Source: Rubripirellula sp.
GTDB taxonomy: Bacteria; Planctomycetota; Planctomycetia; Pirellulales; Pirellulaceae
Reading direction: 5' to 3'
Length of the DNA stretch: 64,000 bases
Assembly (NCBI GenBank): GCA_965216875.1
Contig: OZ244207.1
Span: 4,800,001 to 4,864,000 of the forward strand
A program made the translations under genes and the position numbers. Of this stretch, positions 53,470-63,241 are shown piece by piece. A model generated the notes under the pieces. That model was not told where the DNA came from and made no database searches. It was given only the letters and a program-made list of their open reading frames with translations. Numbering within the stretch: position 1 is the stretch's first letter; each line of letters starts with the position of its first letter.

Positions 53470-53586
53470 AGTACTCGTATGCTCGGGCAAAGATTGGACG
53501 CGCCATTCCGGTTTTTTCTCGGAAAGTGTTTTTCACGAAATCGATCCAGATTCTCCGTCCGATTTGGGCGTCGCCATACGACCACT
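53470..53586. promoter_or_regulatory. Divergent twin promoter-like motifs
   Basis: 53500-53470 (minus) and 53556-53586 (plus) share CGTCC...CATACGA..ACT, 20/31 identical without gaps. Confidence 0.6.
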
Positions 53587-53626
53587 TACAAAATCACTCG
53601 CCCAAACTCTGATTTGCAGGTCATCG

Positions 53627-54136
53627 ATGCACCGCATCCTTGCCGCTCTGGTTGCCTTTGCGTCCATGTCGCTTCCGGCCATCGCCGAAGAAACCTTTGT
53701 GACCATTTACAAGGTTTCCGGCAATCGAATCACTTTTTCACAGACCCCCAGTGCCGGACGTGGACGCGGTATGCGAGGCAACGCAGCTGGCGCAGCGCCG
53801 GGGCAGGGCAGGGGCCGTCGCGGCGGCTTTGGCATGTCCAGCGCCGCGCAACCGGCTGCGATCACAATCGCGATTCCGGCCACGACGAAAATCACCGCTG
53901 CCATGCGCGAGCGACGAACGTTCGAATTCCGCGTCGGTGTTGAACTGGCCGGTGGACTGCGTCACCCAATCTTTACTCGGATGCAGAAACCACTCTCCGC
54001 AAGAATTGTCACCCAATCGAACCGAATCACCGAACTGAACGTCATTTCAGACGACACCGACATCAATCAACTCAATACGGATTCGTCTGGTCAAGCCGTG
54101 ATTGCAGTTCGCCCGAAACGTCCGCCAAGCAAATGA
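53627..54136 (+). CDS. Secreted hypothetical protein with a Gly/Arg-rich segment
   Basis: Signal peptide MHRILAALVAF..AIA; GRGRG segments; first gene of the PSD1 operon. Confidence 0.65.
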   Translation: MHRILAALVAFASMSLPAIAEETFVTIYKVSGNRITFSQTPSAGRGRGMRGNAAGAAPGQGRGRRGGFGMSSAAQPAAITIAIPATTKITAAMRERRTFEFRVGVELAGGLRHPIFTRMQKPLSARIVTQSNRITELNVISDDTDINQLNTDSSGQAVIAVRPKRPPSK

Positions 54137-54149
54137 AGCCGGGTCGAGC

Positions 54150-56645
54150 ATGAAGACAATGAAGTTTCTGAGTTCCAGCTTGCAACGCTTGGCATGCGAG
54201 ACGGCCAATCTCTGCCGGTACGGATCCATTCTTTTCCTGTCGTTCTTGCCTTGCATTTGCGTTCAAGCCCAACAGCGAAGCAACGATTTCTTTGAAACAA
54301 AGATTCGGCCGATTCTGGTCAAACATTGCTACGAGTGCCATTCCGACGAATCAGGAAAAGCACGCGGAGGTTTGAAGGTCGACAGCCGAGATGCGATTCG
54401 GCGCGGTGGCGAGTCGGGGCCCGCGATCACACTGCGTGCTGCCGATCGCAGCTTGCTGTACCAATCGATCACTTACCAGGGTGACTATCAAATGCCACCC
54501 AAAGGAAAGCTGCCGGACCAGGTGATTGCCGATTTTCGCAGCTGGATCGAGATGGGAGCCCCCGACCCGCGAAAGACTCAGCCCACCGCTCGAGTCGCGA
54601 CGGAGATCGACATTGATCAAGGCCGCCAGTATTGGGCATACAGGCAAAGGTCAAATCCAACGCCACCCAAACCAAAGCGAGTCGATTGGGCGTACAACGA
54701 CATCGATCGATTTGTGCTCGCCAAACTCGAATCTCACGATATCGCTCCTTCGGCCGATGCCAATGCTGAAGTGTTGGTCCGGCGTCTTTTCTTTGTCATC
54801 ACTGGTTTGCCTCCGACGCCCGAATCAGTCAAACGTTGGACAAGTCAACTCAATCAAACCGGCGGCACAGGCATTGACCAGAAAGCACTCGGTCATCTGA
54901 TTGAAGGCCTTCTTGAAACACGCTTTTATGGTGAACGCTGGGGTCGCCATTGGTTGGATGTTGCTCGCTTCGCTGAATCAACAGGGGGAGATGCAAACAA
55001 TGTCTACCAACATGCTTGGCGATATCGCGACTATGTGATCGATTCCTTCAACGAGGACAAGCCATTCGATCGCTTTGTGAGTGAACAGCTTGCTGGCGAC
55101 CTCCTCCCCATCAGCAACGATGAAGAGTGGGCAGAGAATCTAATCGCAACCGGCTTTCTGGCTGTTGGGCAAAAGCTGGTCGGAGAAGAGGATCAGCAAA
55201 AGTTCTTTGCCGACTTGGTTGACGAACAAATCGATGCGACCACCCGTGCCTTTCTTGCGACGAGCGTTGCATGCGCACGATGTCACGATCATAAGTTCGA
55301 CCCGATCCCGCAATCGGATTACTACGCCCTCGCTGGGATCTTTCGAGCAACGGAAACGCATTATGGGTTGATCAAAGCACAAGCGAGACAGTCGGCAACG
55401 CTGATTGACATCACTGGCATGGGGCCACCGCCGGGCAAAGAGAAACTATCGCAAACCGAATACGGAAAGTTGGTGCAAGCACGCGACGACGCCAAGCAAG
55501 CGGTCGATGATGCGATGCGGAGAATCCGAAATGGCGAAAGTGTCTTTCGAGGCACGTTGCGTCGTATTCGCAGCGATCGAGATGAAACCGAGGCGGCCTT
55601 GCAATCCTATGACCGACGCGGCAACCCTCGCGTCTTTGCGATGGGGACGCAAGATCGTGACTATCCGTTGCCAACACGTTTGTTGCTACGGGGCGAATTG
55701 GACAAGCCAGCGCAATTGGTCCCGCGTGGATTTGTGCAGGTCCTCGCACAACCCGGTCGGCACGTGATCGAGAAGCGTGCACGTGGAAGCGGACGCGTCG
55801 AGTTGGCCAAGTGGATTTCGAGCGATTCCCATCCGTTGACCGCACGAGTGATGGCTAACCGCATCTGGTACTGGATGTTTGGCCAAGGCATCGTGCGCAC
55901 GGTGGACGACTTTGGAAGCTCTGGCGAAATGCCGTCGCATCCCGAACTGCTTGACCATCTTGCCCAAAAACTGGTCCATAACCGTTGGTCCATCAAATCT
56001 CTGATTCGCGAGATTGCGATGTCCCGAACGTGGCAACAATCGTCGCAATTCGATGAATCGCACTTTGCAATGGATCCCGACAACCGATTGCTTTGGCGAA
56101 TGAACAAACGACGACTCGAGGCCGAAGCTGTTCGCGATGCCATGCTCGCCTGCGCAGGCAATCTTGACGTCAAACGCCCACTGGGGACCACTCTTCGCTC
56201 GGTCGGCGAAGGCTCGGTTGGACAAAATGTTTTCGAACCGGTCATTCGAGCGATCGATTCAAACCACCGCTCGGTGTATTTGCCGCGGGTTCGAAGTGTG
56301 TTGCCAGAGTTTCTCGAACTGTTCGATGCCCCGGACGCTGGCAGCGTCGATGGGATGCGTAGTGCGACCGCGAGCCCACTTCAATCGTTGTACATGATGA
56401 ACAACCCGTTCGTTTGGAACCAATCAAAAAGTTTGGCCACGAGAGTGCAATCTCGTCCTGCCAGCGAGAGAGTTGACTACCTCTACCAACTGACCCTGGG
56501 CCGCTATCCCACCAACGAAGAACGGACTTTTGCGTTCGAATTCATGGAACGACTTGGCAGTGACGAATCGCTTGGCAAAAGCGAAAAGATGGCTGCTTAT
56601 TGCCAAGTCATGATGTGCACAAGTGAATTCAGCGTCATCGATTAG
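54150..56645 (+). CDS. Planctomycete cytochrome c / DUF1549 / DUF1553 (PSD1) protein
   Basis: FFETKIRPIL..CYECH, YGERWGRHWLDVARFAES, CARCHDHKFDPI, PLTARVMANRIW, RRLEAEAVRD. Confidence 0.93.
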   Translation: MKTMKFLSSSLQRLACETANLCRYGSILFLSFLPCICVQAQQRSNDFFETKIRPILVKHCYECHSDESGKARGGLKVDSRDAIRRGGESGPAITLRAADRSLLYQSITYQGDYQMPPKGKLPDQVIADFRSWIEMGAPDPRKTQPTARVATEIDIDQGRQYWAYRQRSNPTPPKPKRVDWAYNDIDRFVLAKLESHDIAPSADANAEVLVRRLFFVITGLPPTPESVKRWTSQLNQTGGTGIDQKALGHLIEGLLETRFYGERWGRHWLDVARFAESTGGDANNVYQHAWRYRDYVIDSFNEDKPFDRFVSEQLAGDLLPISNDEEWAENLIATGFLAVGQKLVGEEDQQKFFADLVDEQIDATTRAFLATSVACARCHDHKFDPIPQSDYYALAGIFRATETHYGLIKAQARQSATLIDITGMGPPPGKEKLSQTEYGKLVQARDDAKQAVDDAMRRIRNGESVFRGTLRRIRSDRDETEAALQSYDRRGNPRVFAMGTQDRDYPLPTRLLLRGELDKPAQLVPRGFVQVLAQPGRHVIEKRARGSGRVELAKWISSDSHPLTARVMANRIWYWMFGQGIVRTVDDFGSSGEMPSHPELLDHLAQKLVHNRWSIKSLIREIAMSRTWQQSSQFDESHFAMDPDNRLLWRMNKRRLEAEAVRDAMLACAGNLDVKRPLGTTLRSVGEGSVGQNVFEPVIRAIDSNHRSVYLPRVRSVLPEFLELFDAPDAGSVDGMRSATASPLQSLYMMNNPFVWNQSKSLATRVQSRPASERVDYLYQLTLGRYPTNEERTFAFEFMERLGSDESLGKSEKMAAYCQVMMCTSEFSVID

Positions 56646-56667
56646 ACCAATAAGTGTGAAAAACAAA

Positions 56668-58086
56668 ATGACTCTTCAGCGCGTTCCCGTCACCTCGCGG
56701 CGATCCGTTTTGCAAAGCATCTCGGCAGGCTTTGGATATCTCGCCTTTCGCGCAATGGCTGCCGACCAAGCGTTCGCGGACCCAAACGCATCTTTGCTGA
56801 GCCCCAGACAACCACCTCTGCCTCCCAAAGCGAAACGCGTGATCTTCCTGTGCATGCGTGGCGGCCCCTCACATGTCGATACCTTTGACTACAGACCACA
56901 ACTCGCGCGCGACCACGGTCGCCCATCGAACTACGGGACTCCTTGGTGCAAATCACGCTGGAAGTTCCAGCAGCGTGGCGAAAGCGGTCTCTGGATCTCG
57001 GACCTATTCCCCGAGCTTGCAAGACAAGCCGATGATCTTTGTCTGCTGCGTGGAATGCACTGTGACCAACCCGCGCACGCCCAAGCGATGTTGCAATTGC
57101 ATACCGGCAATTTCCAACAAGTGCGTCCGTCCATGGGCGCGTGGACGCTTTATGGTCTCGGTACCGAGAACCAGAACCTTCCCGGGTTCATCACAATCAA
57201 CCCACCAACCAGCGTCGGTGGCGCACAGAACTTTGGCTCGGCATTCCTGCCGGCAGCCTTTCAAGGAACAAAACTCTCTGTCCAAGACAGCAGCGCTCGC
57301 AATCGCCGTATCGACCGCATGCGTCGCGGCGAAGTGAATCCCTATGGAATCAACAATGCCAAGAACGAGCAATTCAGCAAATCAACGCAGCGCGCACAAC
57401 TGGATCTTCTGGCACAACTGAATCGTGAGAAACTCGCTCGCGATGATCACAATCCGCTCGTCGAAGGGGCAATTGAAAACTACGAACTTGCGTTCCGAAT
57501 GCAAGACGCCGTACCGAGAATCATGAATACGTCGGATGAGTCCGAAGAAACGTTGCGGCTTTACGGAATTGGCGAAGACCCGACGGACGGCTTCGGTCGC
57601 CAATGTTTGCTTGCCCGCCGATTTGCGGAAGCGGGAGTGCGCTTTATCGAGTTGGGACACGGCAGTTGGGATCAACACAGCAACCTCCCCACGGCGCTTG
57701 CCGACAACTGTGCCGAGACCGACAAGCCGATCGCAGGGCTGCTTGCGGACCTAAAACGGCGTGGCCTTTTGAAAGACACCTTGGTGCTTTGGGGTGGCGA
57801 GTTCGGCCGCACTCCCTATTCTCCCGACGGGAACGGCCGGGACCACAACCACAAAGGGTTCACAATGTGGATGGCAGGTGGCGGAGTCAAAGGTGGCTGG
57901 AGCCACGGGAGTACCGACGAACACGGGTACGAAGCTGTCGAAGGAAAAGTCCACATCAATGATTGGCACGCAACGATACTTCACCTGCTCGGCTTCGACC
58001 ACGAGCAACTCACCTTTCGTCATGCTGGACGCGAAATGCGATTGACCGATTTGGCTGGAAGCGTTGTCGAAGAAGTGATCGCGTGA
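56668..58086 (+). CDS. DUF1501 protein (Tat-exported)
   Basis: SRRSVL, AKRVIFLCMRGGPSHVDTFD, WGGEFGRTP, GRDHN. Confidence 0.93.
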   Translation: MTLQRVPVTSRRSVLQSISAGFGYLAFRAMAADQAFADPNASLLSPRQPPLPPKAKRVIFLCMRGGPSHVDTFDYRPQLARDHGRPSNYGTPWCKSRWKFQQRGESGLWISDLFPELARQADDLCLLRGMHCDQPAHAQAMLQLHTGNFQQVRPSMGAWTLYGLGTENQNLPGFITINPPTSVGGAQNFGSAFLPAAFQGTKLSVQDSSARNRRIDRMRRGEVNPYGINNAKNEQFSKSTQRAQLDLLAQLNREKLARDDHNPLVEGAIENYELAFRMQDAVPRIMNTSDESEETLRLYGIGEDPTDGFGRQCLLARRFAEAGVRFIELGHGSWDQHSNLPTALADNCAETDKPIAGLLADLKRRGLLKDTLVLWGGEFGRTPYSPDGNGRDHNHKGFTMWMAGGGVKGGWSHGSTDEHGYEAVEGKVHINDWHATILHLLGFDHEQLTFRHAGREMRLTDLAGSVVEEVIA

Positions 58087-58088
58087 GC

Positions 58089-59363
58089 TCAATAGCGATC
58101 CGGTGACATGAGGCCAAGACCGTCGATCCCTTCGATTGGTTTGTGGTCGACAAGATCCGCAACCATCTGGCCGGAAACGAGTGCGAGGCTGATTCCCATC
58201 ATTGCATGCCCCGTTGAAACGATCAGGTTTTTGAAGCGACGGGTACGACCAAGATAGGGAAGCCCGTCTGGTGAACAGGGACGCAGGCCAACCCATGGCG
58301 TGAGTCCAGCAAAGTCATTTGGCGAAAACCGTGGATAATAATCCGAAACGGAATGGATGATGCCTTTGACACGCGAGTCGCTGATCGATTCATCGTTGCC
58401 AACAATTTCCATCGTCCCACCAAACCGAAGCGCCGTCCCGATCGGAGTCACCGCAACACGAGCCTCGGTCAGAATCGAACAAACGGTCGGAAGCTGCGCG
58501 GGCTGCGAAAGGGTCAGGCTGTAGCCCTTTCCCGCCTGCATTGGCAACGAAAGACCACACTGCCGCAAAAGCTCCGAACTCCAAACGCCTCCGCTGACAA
58601 CAAACTCGTCGCTCTCGATGTCGCCCTCGGTCGTCGCAACAGCCTCCACGACGCCCCCGTTTTCGCGTAAGCCCGTCACCTCTGCGTTCCATACGAACTC
58701 GCAACCCGAGTCTTCGAGCCGAGTTTGCAATCCATCCATCAAACGATTGGGAGAGAGATGACAATCCTTTGGGAAGTAAACTCCTCCATAGGCACTCATC
58801 TCGATGTTGGGGTCGAGCCGCGCGAGCGCCGTTGAATCGAGAACCTCGGCGGGAATACCAAGTTTGTTTGACAGCTCGGCAACATGAGCTTCTTCTTCGA
58901 GAGCCTCCTCCGTCCGGCACAGCATGACGAGTCCCTTCTCGATCAGTCCAAACCCGTTATCCGACTCACCATTGAGCGCCCACTCACTTTCAAGTGCCGC
59001 GTAGCAACTTCGACTGCGAAGGTGAAGGTCGCGAAGAAGCGGCGCGGCTGCGGCGACTCTTTTCTTTGAACAGGCGCTGCGAAACTTCAGCAGCCACCCC
59101 AGCAATTCCATCGAGAGACGTGGACGGATGTAGAAAGGGGACTGAGAGCTAAGCATCCACTTCAATCCAAGCCGGATCATTCCCGGAGCGGCCAATGGAA
59201 CGAAATGACTTGGAACGATCATTCCCGCATTGCCATACGAGCACCCGTTTCGACTCGAGTCGCCTCGATCGATGACCGTGACGTCAAATCCTTGTTTGCG
59301 GCAGTACCATGCAGCCGCCAAGCCGATCACGCCACCGCCGATGATCGTGACTCGTTTGCTCAT
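58089..59363 (-). CDS. FAD-dependent D-amino-acid dehydrogenase (DadA family; likely acts on D-hydroxyproline)
   Basis: IIGGGVIG, SYGNAG, GKGYS, WVGLRPCSPDGLP, TGHAMMG; ATGA-coupled to the epimerase. Confidence 0.85.
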   Translation of the reverse strand: MSKRVTIIGGGVIGLAAAWYCRKQGFDVTVIDRGDSSRNGCSYGNAGMIVPSHFVPLAAPGMIRLGLKWMLSSQSPFYIRPRLSMELLGWLLKFRSACSKKRVAAAAPLLRDLHLRSRSCYAALESEWALNGESDNGFGLIEKGLVMLCRTEEALEEEAHVAELSNKLGIPAEVLDSTALARLDPNIEMSAYGGVYFPKDCHLSPNRLMDGLQTRLEDSGCEFVWNAEVTGLRENGGVVEAVATTEGDIESDEFVVSGGVWSSELLRQCGLSLPMQAGKGYSLTLSQPAQLPTVCSILTEARVAVTPIGTALRFGGTMEIVGNDESISDSRVKGIIHSVSDYYPRFSPNDFAGLTPWVGLRPCSPDGLPYLGRTRRFKNLIVSTGHAMMGISLALVSGQMVADLVDHKPIEGIDGLGLMSPDRY

Positions 59364-60286
59364 AGCCCAAACCGAAATGGGTCATTATCGTCAAGAATCA
59401 GCTGCGACTCGGCGGTCACATGGGCTTCCCCAACAATGGTTGGAAAGATGCTTTGCTTTTGTTTGTCCGCCCATTCAAAGCGTCCTCGAAATTCCGTTCC
59501 CAAGACTCCGCGCTGCACCCAACTGGCACCTTCTTGCAACTTGCCATCTGCAGCGAGACAAGCGAGCTTTGCGCTGGTTCCCGTTCCACAAGGCGAACGG
59601 TCGTATTCCAAGCCTGGGCACAACACAAAGTTGCGCCGATCACCTGCCACGCCAGAGCTTCCGAACAGTTCAATGTGGTCGACTTCGGGATAGCCGGCCG
59701 CGGCAACGGCGCGGCGAACATCACTTGCGATCTGCTGGAGCTGACCGACGTTGTCCAAGCAGATGGGCGTCTGGTCGTACTCGGCCAAAAAGAACCAGTT
59801 GCCGCCCCAAGCCACATCACCTCGGATCTTACCCACGCCATCGATCTGAACAACAACGTCCGTCGCAGCGCGATAACTTTCGACGTTCTCGAAGGTGACG
59901 CTTCCGTCATCATTGGCCTGAACCGAAACAACGCCAACGGGTGTCTCAATACAATGGTTTCCCTCGGTGATGCGTCCCAGGTGCTTGAGCGTTTCGACGA
60001 CGCCAATCAACCCGTGGCCACACATTCCTAGAAAGCCGACGTTGTTAAAGAAAATCACCCCTGTCAGGCACTTGGGATCTTGAGTTGGGCAAAGCATGGC
60101 ACCAACCAACACATCGTGACCGCGTGGTTCGGTGACCACGGCCCTGCGAAGAGGGTCAAAGTCCGACTTGAATCGCGCGAGTTGGTCGGCGACCGTGCCA
60201 CTTCCGAGCTCAGGACCGCCGGCAACGATTACCCGCGTCGGCTCTCCGGCGGTGTGGGAATCAACAACATGAATGCGCTGCGTCAT
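59360..60286 (-). CDS. 4-hydroxyproline epimerase (proline racemase family)
   Basis: DSHTAGEPTR; catalytic Cys pair in GMCGHG and DRSPCGTG. Confidence 0.88.
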   Translation of the reverse strand: MTQRIHVVDSHTAGEPTRVIVAGGPELGSGTVADQLARFKSDFDPLRRAVVTEPRGHDVLVGAMLCPTQDPKCLTGVIFFNNVGFLGMCGHGLIGVVETLKHLGRITEGNHCIETPVGVVSVQANDDGSVTFENVESYRAATDVVVQIDGVGKIRGDVAWGGNWFFLAEYDQTPICLDNVGQLQQIASDVRRAVAAAGYPEVDHIELFGSSGVAGDRRNFVLCPGLEYDRSPCGTGTSAKLACLAADGKLQEGASWVQRGVLGTEFRGRFEWADKQKQSIFPTIVGEAHVTAESQLILDDNDPFRFGL

Positions 60287-60475
60287 GCGATGGCAACTCC
60301 ATGATTTGGAATCGCCCAACACAGTAAGGTAGATGGCATCATCAAAGCGGCTCGGCAGGTTCTCTGTGGTGGCCAACAACAAGAGAACCAGCCTCTCGTT
60401 GAGCCTCACAAGAGTAATGGCGCCCGCCTCGATCCGCAACGCACTGTTGGTCGCTGTGCGGCCGGTCCGCGGCCC

Positions 60476-60554
60476 GTGGCTACCTTCGCCAGAAGGCGGT
60501 TTTCACCGGTAGATCGCTATTCACAATCACCACGCTCTGGCGAGCGTAGCTACG
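60476..60554. repeat. REP-like inverted doublet
   Basis: GTGGCTACCTTCGCCAGAAGGCGG (60476-60499) and CCACGCTCTGGCGAGCGTAGCTAC (60530-60553); the latter is identical to 6551-6574. Confidence 0.8.
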
Positions 60555-60627
60555 TCGAGTGCAGGGACCGGCTTGCAAACCAAGCCGGATCCGCGGCACG
60601 ATCGCTCCTTAATCCGCCTACGCCATT

Positions 60628-62106
60628 CTAGGCGGCGGCTGGCTCGGCCGGCTCGTTTTCGAACTTGGTAAAGGTTCGGAAGCCGAAGATCGCGATCACG
60701 ACGAAACAAATCATCGGCAAGAAGAACGATCCGCGAACACCGAGCTGGTCGATGAAGTAGCCCTGGGCCAATGGCAACAACGCACCACCAACGATCGCCA
60801 TGATCAAACCAGCAGAACCAAGCTTGGCTTCTTCGGCGGGCAACCCTTTCAAGGCAATCCCGTAGATCGTTGGGAACATCAGCGACATGCACGCCGAGAT
60901 CGCCACCAAGCAGATCAAGCCAACCTTGCCGGGCAAGACGATCACACCCAAAGTCAAAGCAATCGCTGCGACGGCAAGCGTCATGAGCAGGCGGCCTGGA
61001 CTGATGAATTTGAGCATGAAGGTACAAATGAAACGACTCGCAAGGAAAATCGCCATCGCAGCGATATTCCAGTTCTGCGCCTCGGCCAGCGACAAGTTCA
61101 CAAGCTCCATGCCGTAGTGAATGATGAACGTCCAGCAGGTGATCTGGGCTCCGACGTAAAAGGCCTGCGCGACAACACCTTCTCGATAGTGCGCCTTGCC
61201 CAACAGCTTGCCGGTCAACTCGCCAACCGGGGCGTCGGGTTCATCCGACGAAAACGAGGGCATCTTGGTGATGGCAAACAGAAGCAAGAAACCGATCACC
61301 ACACACGCGATCACCACATAAGGTGTGCGAACGACGGCCAAGTCATGCTGCTGCATCGCTTCGAACTCGGACGCGTCATTGGCTTTCATGTTCGCCAATC
61401 CGGTACTCACGGCCTTGTCGAGTGCGCCAAACTCGGCATCAAAATCGGGAAGTCCATCGGGGTAATCTGCCTCGACATACTTAACCACTTCGGGCGACTT
61501 ATCCTTCATCTGTCCACGAAACTCACCCACATCCAAATTGGGCGCGATCAACGTTGAGGCGATGACCATCCCTGTCAGCGATCCGATTGGGTTAAACGCC
61601 TGGGCCAGATTCAATCGCTGCGTCGCTGTCTCGGGCGACCCCATCGCCAAGATGTAGGGGTTGCAACTGGTTTCCAAGAATGCCAAGCCAAAGGTCAGCA
61701 CATAGAACCCGATGATGAAGATCCAAAAGTTGGTCATCAAGCTCGCCGGGATGCTAAGCAAAGCGCCAGCCGCGTAAAGTGCAAAACCAACCATGATCGC
61801 AGTCTTGTAGGAGTACTTGCGAATGAAGAAGGCTGCGGGCAAAGCCATCGTGAAATAGCCGCCATAGAACGCAAATTGCACGAGCGAACTTTGCGTGTTG
61901 CTGATCTGAAAGACCTCCTTGAACACCTTCACCAACGGGTTAGTGATGTCGTTGGCGAACCCCCACAGCGCGAAGCAGCAAGTGGTCAATACGAACGCCA
62001 ACAAAAACTGGCGTGGAACAACGCCTTGCCCCATGGACGGATCGGCGCTGGATTCCGCTGAGCCCGATTCCGATGAATCGGGATTGTTGGTGTTCGTCTC
62101 CGACAT
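60628..62106 (-). CDS. fucP: L-fucose:H+ symporter family MFS permease
   Basis: FALWGFANDITNP, LETSCNPYI, RLNLAQAFNP, MSLMFPTIY. Confidence 0.85.
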   Translation of the reverse strand: MSETNTNNPDSSESGSAESSADPSMGQGVVPRQFLLAFVLTTCCFALWGFANDITNPLVKVFKEVFQISNTQSSLVQFAFYGGYFTMALPAAFFIRKYSYKTAIMVGFALYAAGALLSIPASLMTNFWIFIIGFYVLTFGLAFLETSCNPYILAMGSPETATQRLNLAQAFNPIGSLTGMVIASTLIAPNLDVGEFRGQMKDKSPEVVKYVEADYPDGLPDFDAEFGALDKAVSTGLANMKANDASEFEAMQQHDLAVVRTPYVVIACVVIGFLLLFAITKMPSFSSDEPDAPVGELTGKLLGKAHYREGVVAQAFYVGAQITCWTFIIHYGMELVNLSLAEAQNWNIAAMAIFLASRFICTFMLKFISPGRLLMTLAVAAIALTLGVIVLPGKVGLICLVAISACMSLMFPTIYGIALKGLPAEEAKLGSAGLIMAIVGGALLPLAQGYFIDQLGVRGSFFLPMICFVVIAIFGFRTFTKFENEPAEPAAA

Positions 62107-62168
62107 AACTTGCTCTCGCGAATCTTTCGAGTGAGGAGGGATGAGAGAGGAGGATCGTGGCGTGAGCG

Positions 62169-63227
62169 TCAGCTCACATTCAAATAGGGATAATGGCGTT
62201 CGATCATTCCCGCAGAAATCATAGCGGACCAAAACTCGGCTGGCGGCGCACTATCCATCAGGGAAACATTTTCGCCAATCCGTTCCGGCCGACTGCTGTT
62301 CAAAGCCATCGCAACCACACCGGGCGGTGACATACCAAACGCAACACAGGCAGCAGCGGGCTGCACACCATGAGCCTGGCATAGTTCAAAGAACTGGTCA
62401 CGCCAAAGGGTCACGCGGCGATCGCTTTCGCTCTCTCCCGTGACAAGGCGATAGTCAAAATGGTCGCCACCGGTCAGGAATCCACCGTGGAATACCGCCG
62501 AGTTGATCACCGCAACCTTGCGTTGACGCAACGTCTCAACGAATTCCAGCAGTTCAGGCGGATGGGTGTAGATCGTCAGGCTCGTCGCCAACATCACCCA
62601 ATCCAAGTCACAGACTTCGGCAAGTTGTTTGGAAACCTTCCAATCTTTCGATCCGACGCCGACCGCGGCGACTTCACCGCTGTCACGCAGTTCGACCAAT
62701 GCACGGTAGGCTTCGATCAGATCATCCCAACGTCGCTTCCAATCGGATTCGTCAGACGCAGCGTTGAGGTATTCATCTGGATCGTGAACCGAAACCAATT
62801 GCGCACGATAGGGCGCGAGCTGTTCGGCGCCCTGACGGTAGCAACGCAAGATCCCGTCGTAACTGATGTCTTGGACTGCATCGTATTGCAAGTCCTTCCA
62901 AACGCCTGGCTCGAACGTCGGCTCAGGTGTTTCCAATGGTACTCGGCGCCAACCAAGCTTGTTGCTGATCACGATCTTTGACGGATCAACTTCAAGTTCG
63001 GTGAGCGCTTTTGCAAGCGATTCAAGCGCAAGTCCTGCGCCGTACTTACCAGCCGAATCAGCGGCAACAAGACCACCCGAATGCTCGAACCACTGCGAAA
63101 CAATGGTTCGTTTGGTCTTGTCGTCGAGCGACTGGTAGAGATTGCCAAGCGCGCTGGTGCCAAATACCAATCGTGGAATTTGCACGCCAGCAGCGCCTAA
63201 AGGTGGCGTGATTGCTGAGGTTTGCAT
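62169..63227 (-). CDS. Aldo/keto reductase (sugar 1-dehydrogenase / L-fucose dehydrogenase-like)
   Basis: FGTSALGNLY, YGAGLA, SVHDPD, INSAVFHGGFL; lies between the fucosidase and fucP. Confidence 0.75.
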   Translation of the reverse strand: MQTSAITPPLGAAGVQIPRLVFGTSALGNLYQSLDDKTKRTIVSQWFEHSGGLVAADSAGKYGAGLALESLAKALTELEVDPSKIVISNKLGWRRVPLETPEPTFEPGVWKDLQYDAVQDISYDGILRCYRQGAEQLAPYRAQLVSVHDPDEYLNAASDESDWKRRWDDLIEAYRALVELRDSGEVAAVGVGSKDWKVSKQLAEVCDLDWVMLATSLTIYTHPPELLEFVETLRQRKVAVINSAVFHGGFLTGGDHFDYRLVTGESESDRRVTLWRDQFFELCQAHGVQPAAACVAFGMSPPGVVAMALNSSRPERIGENVSLMDSAPPAEFWSAMISAGMIERHYPYLNVS

Positions 63228-63241
63228 GAGTGTCCTAAAAG

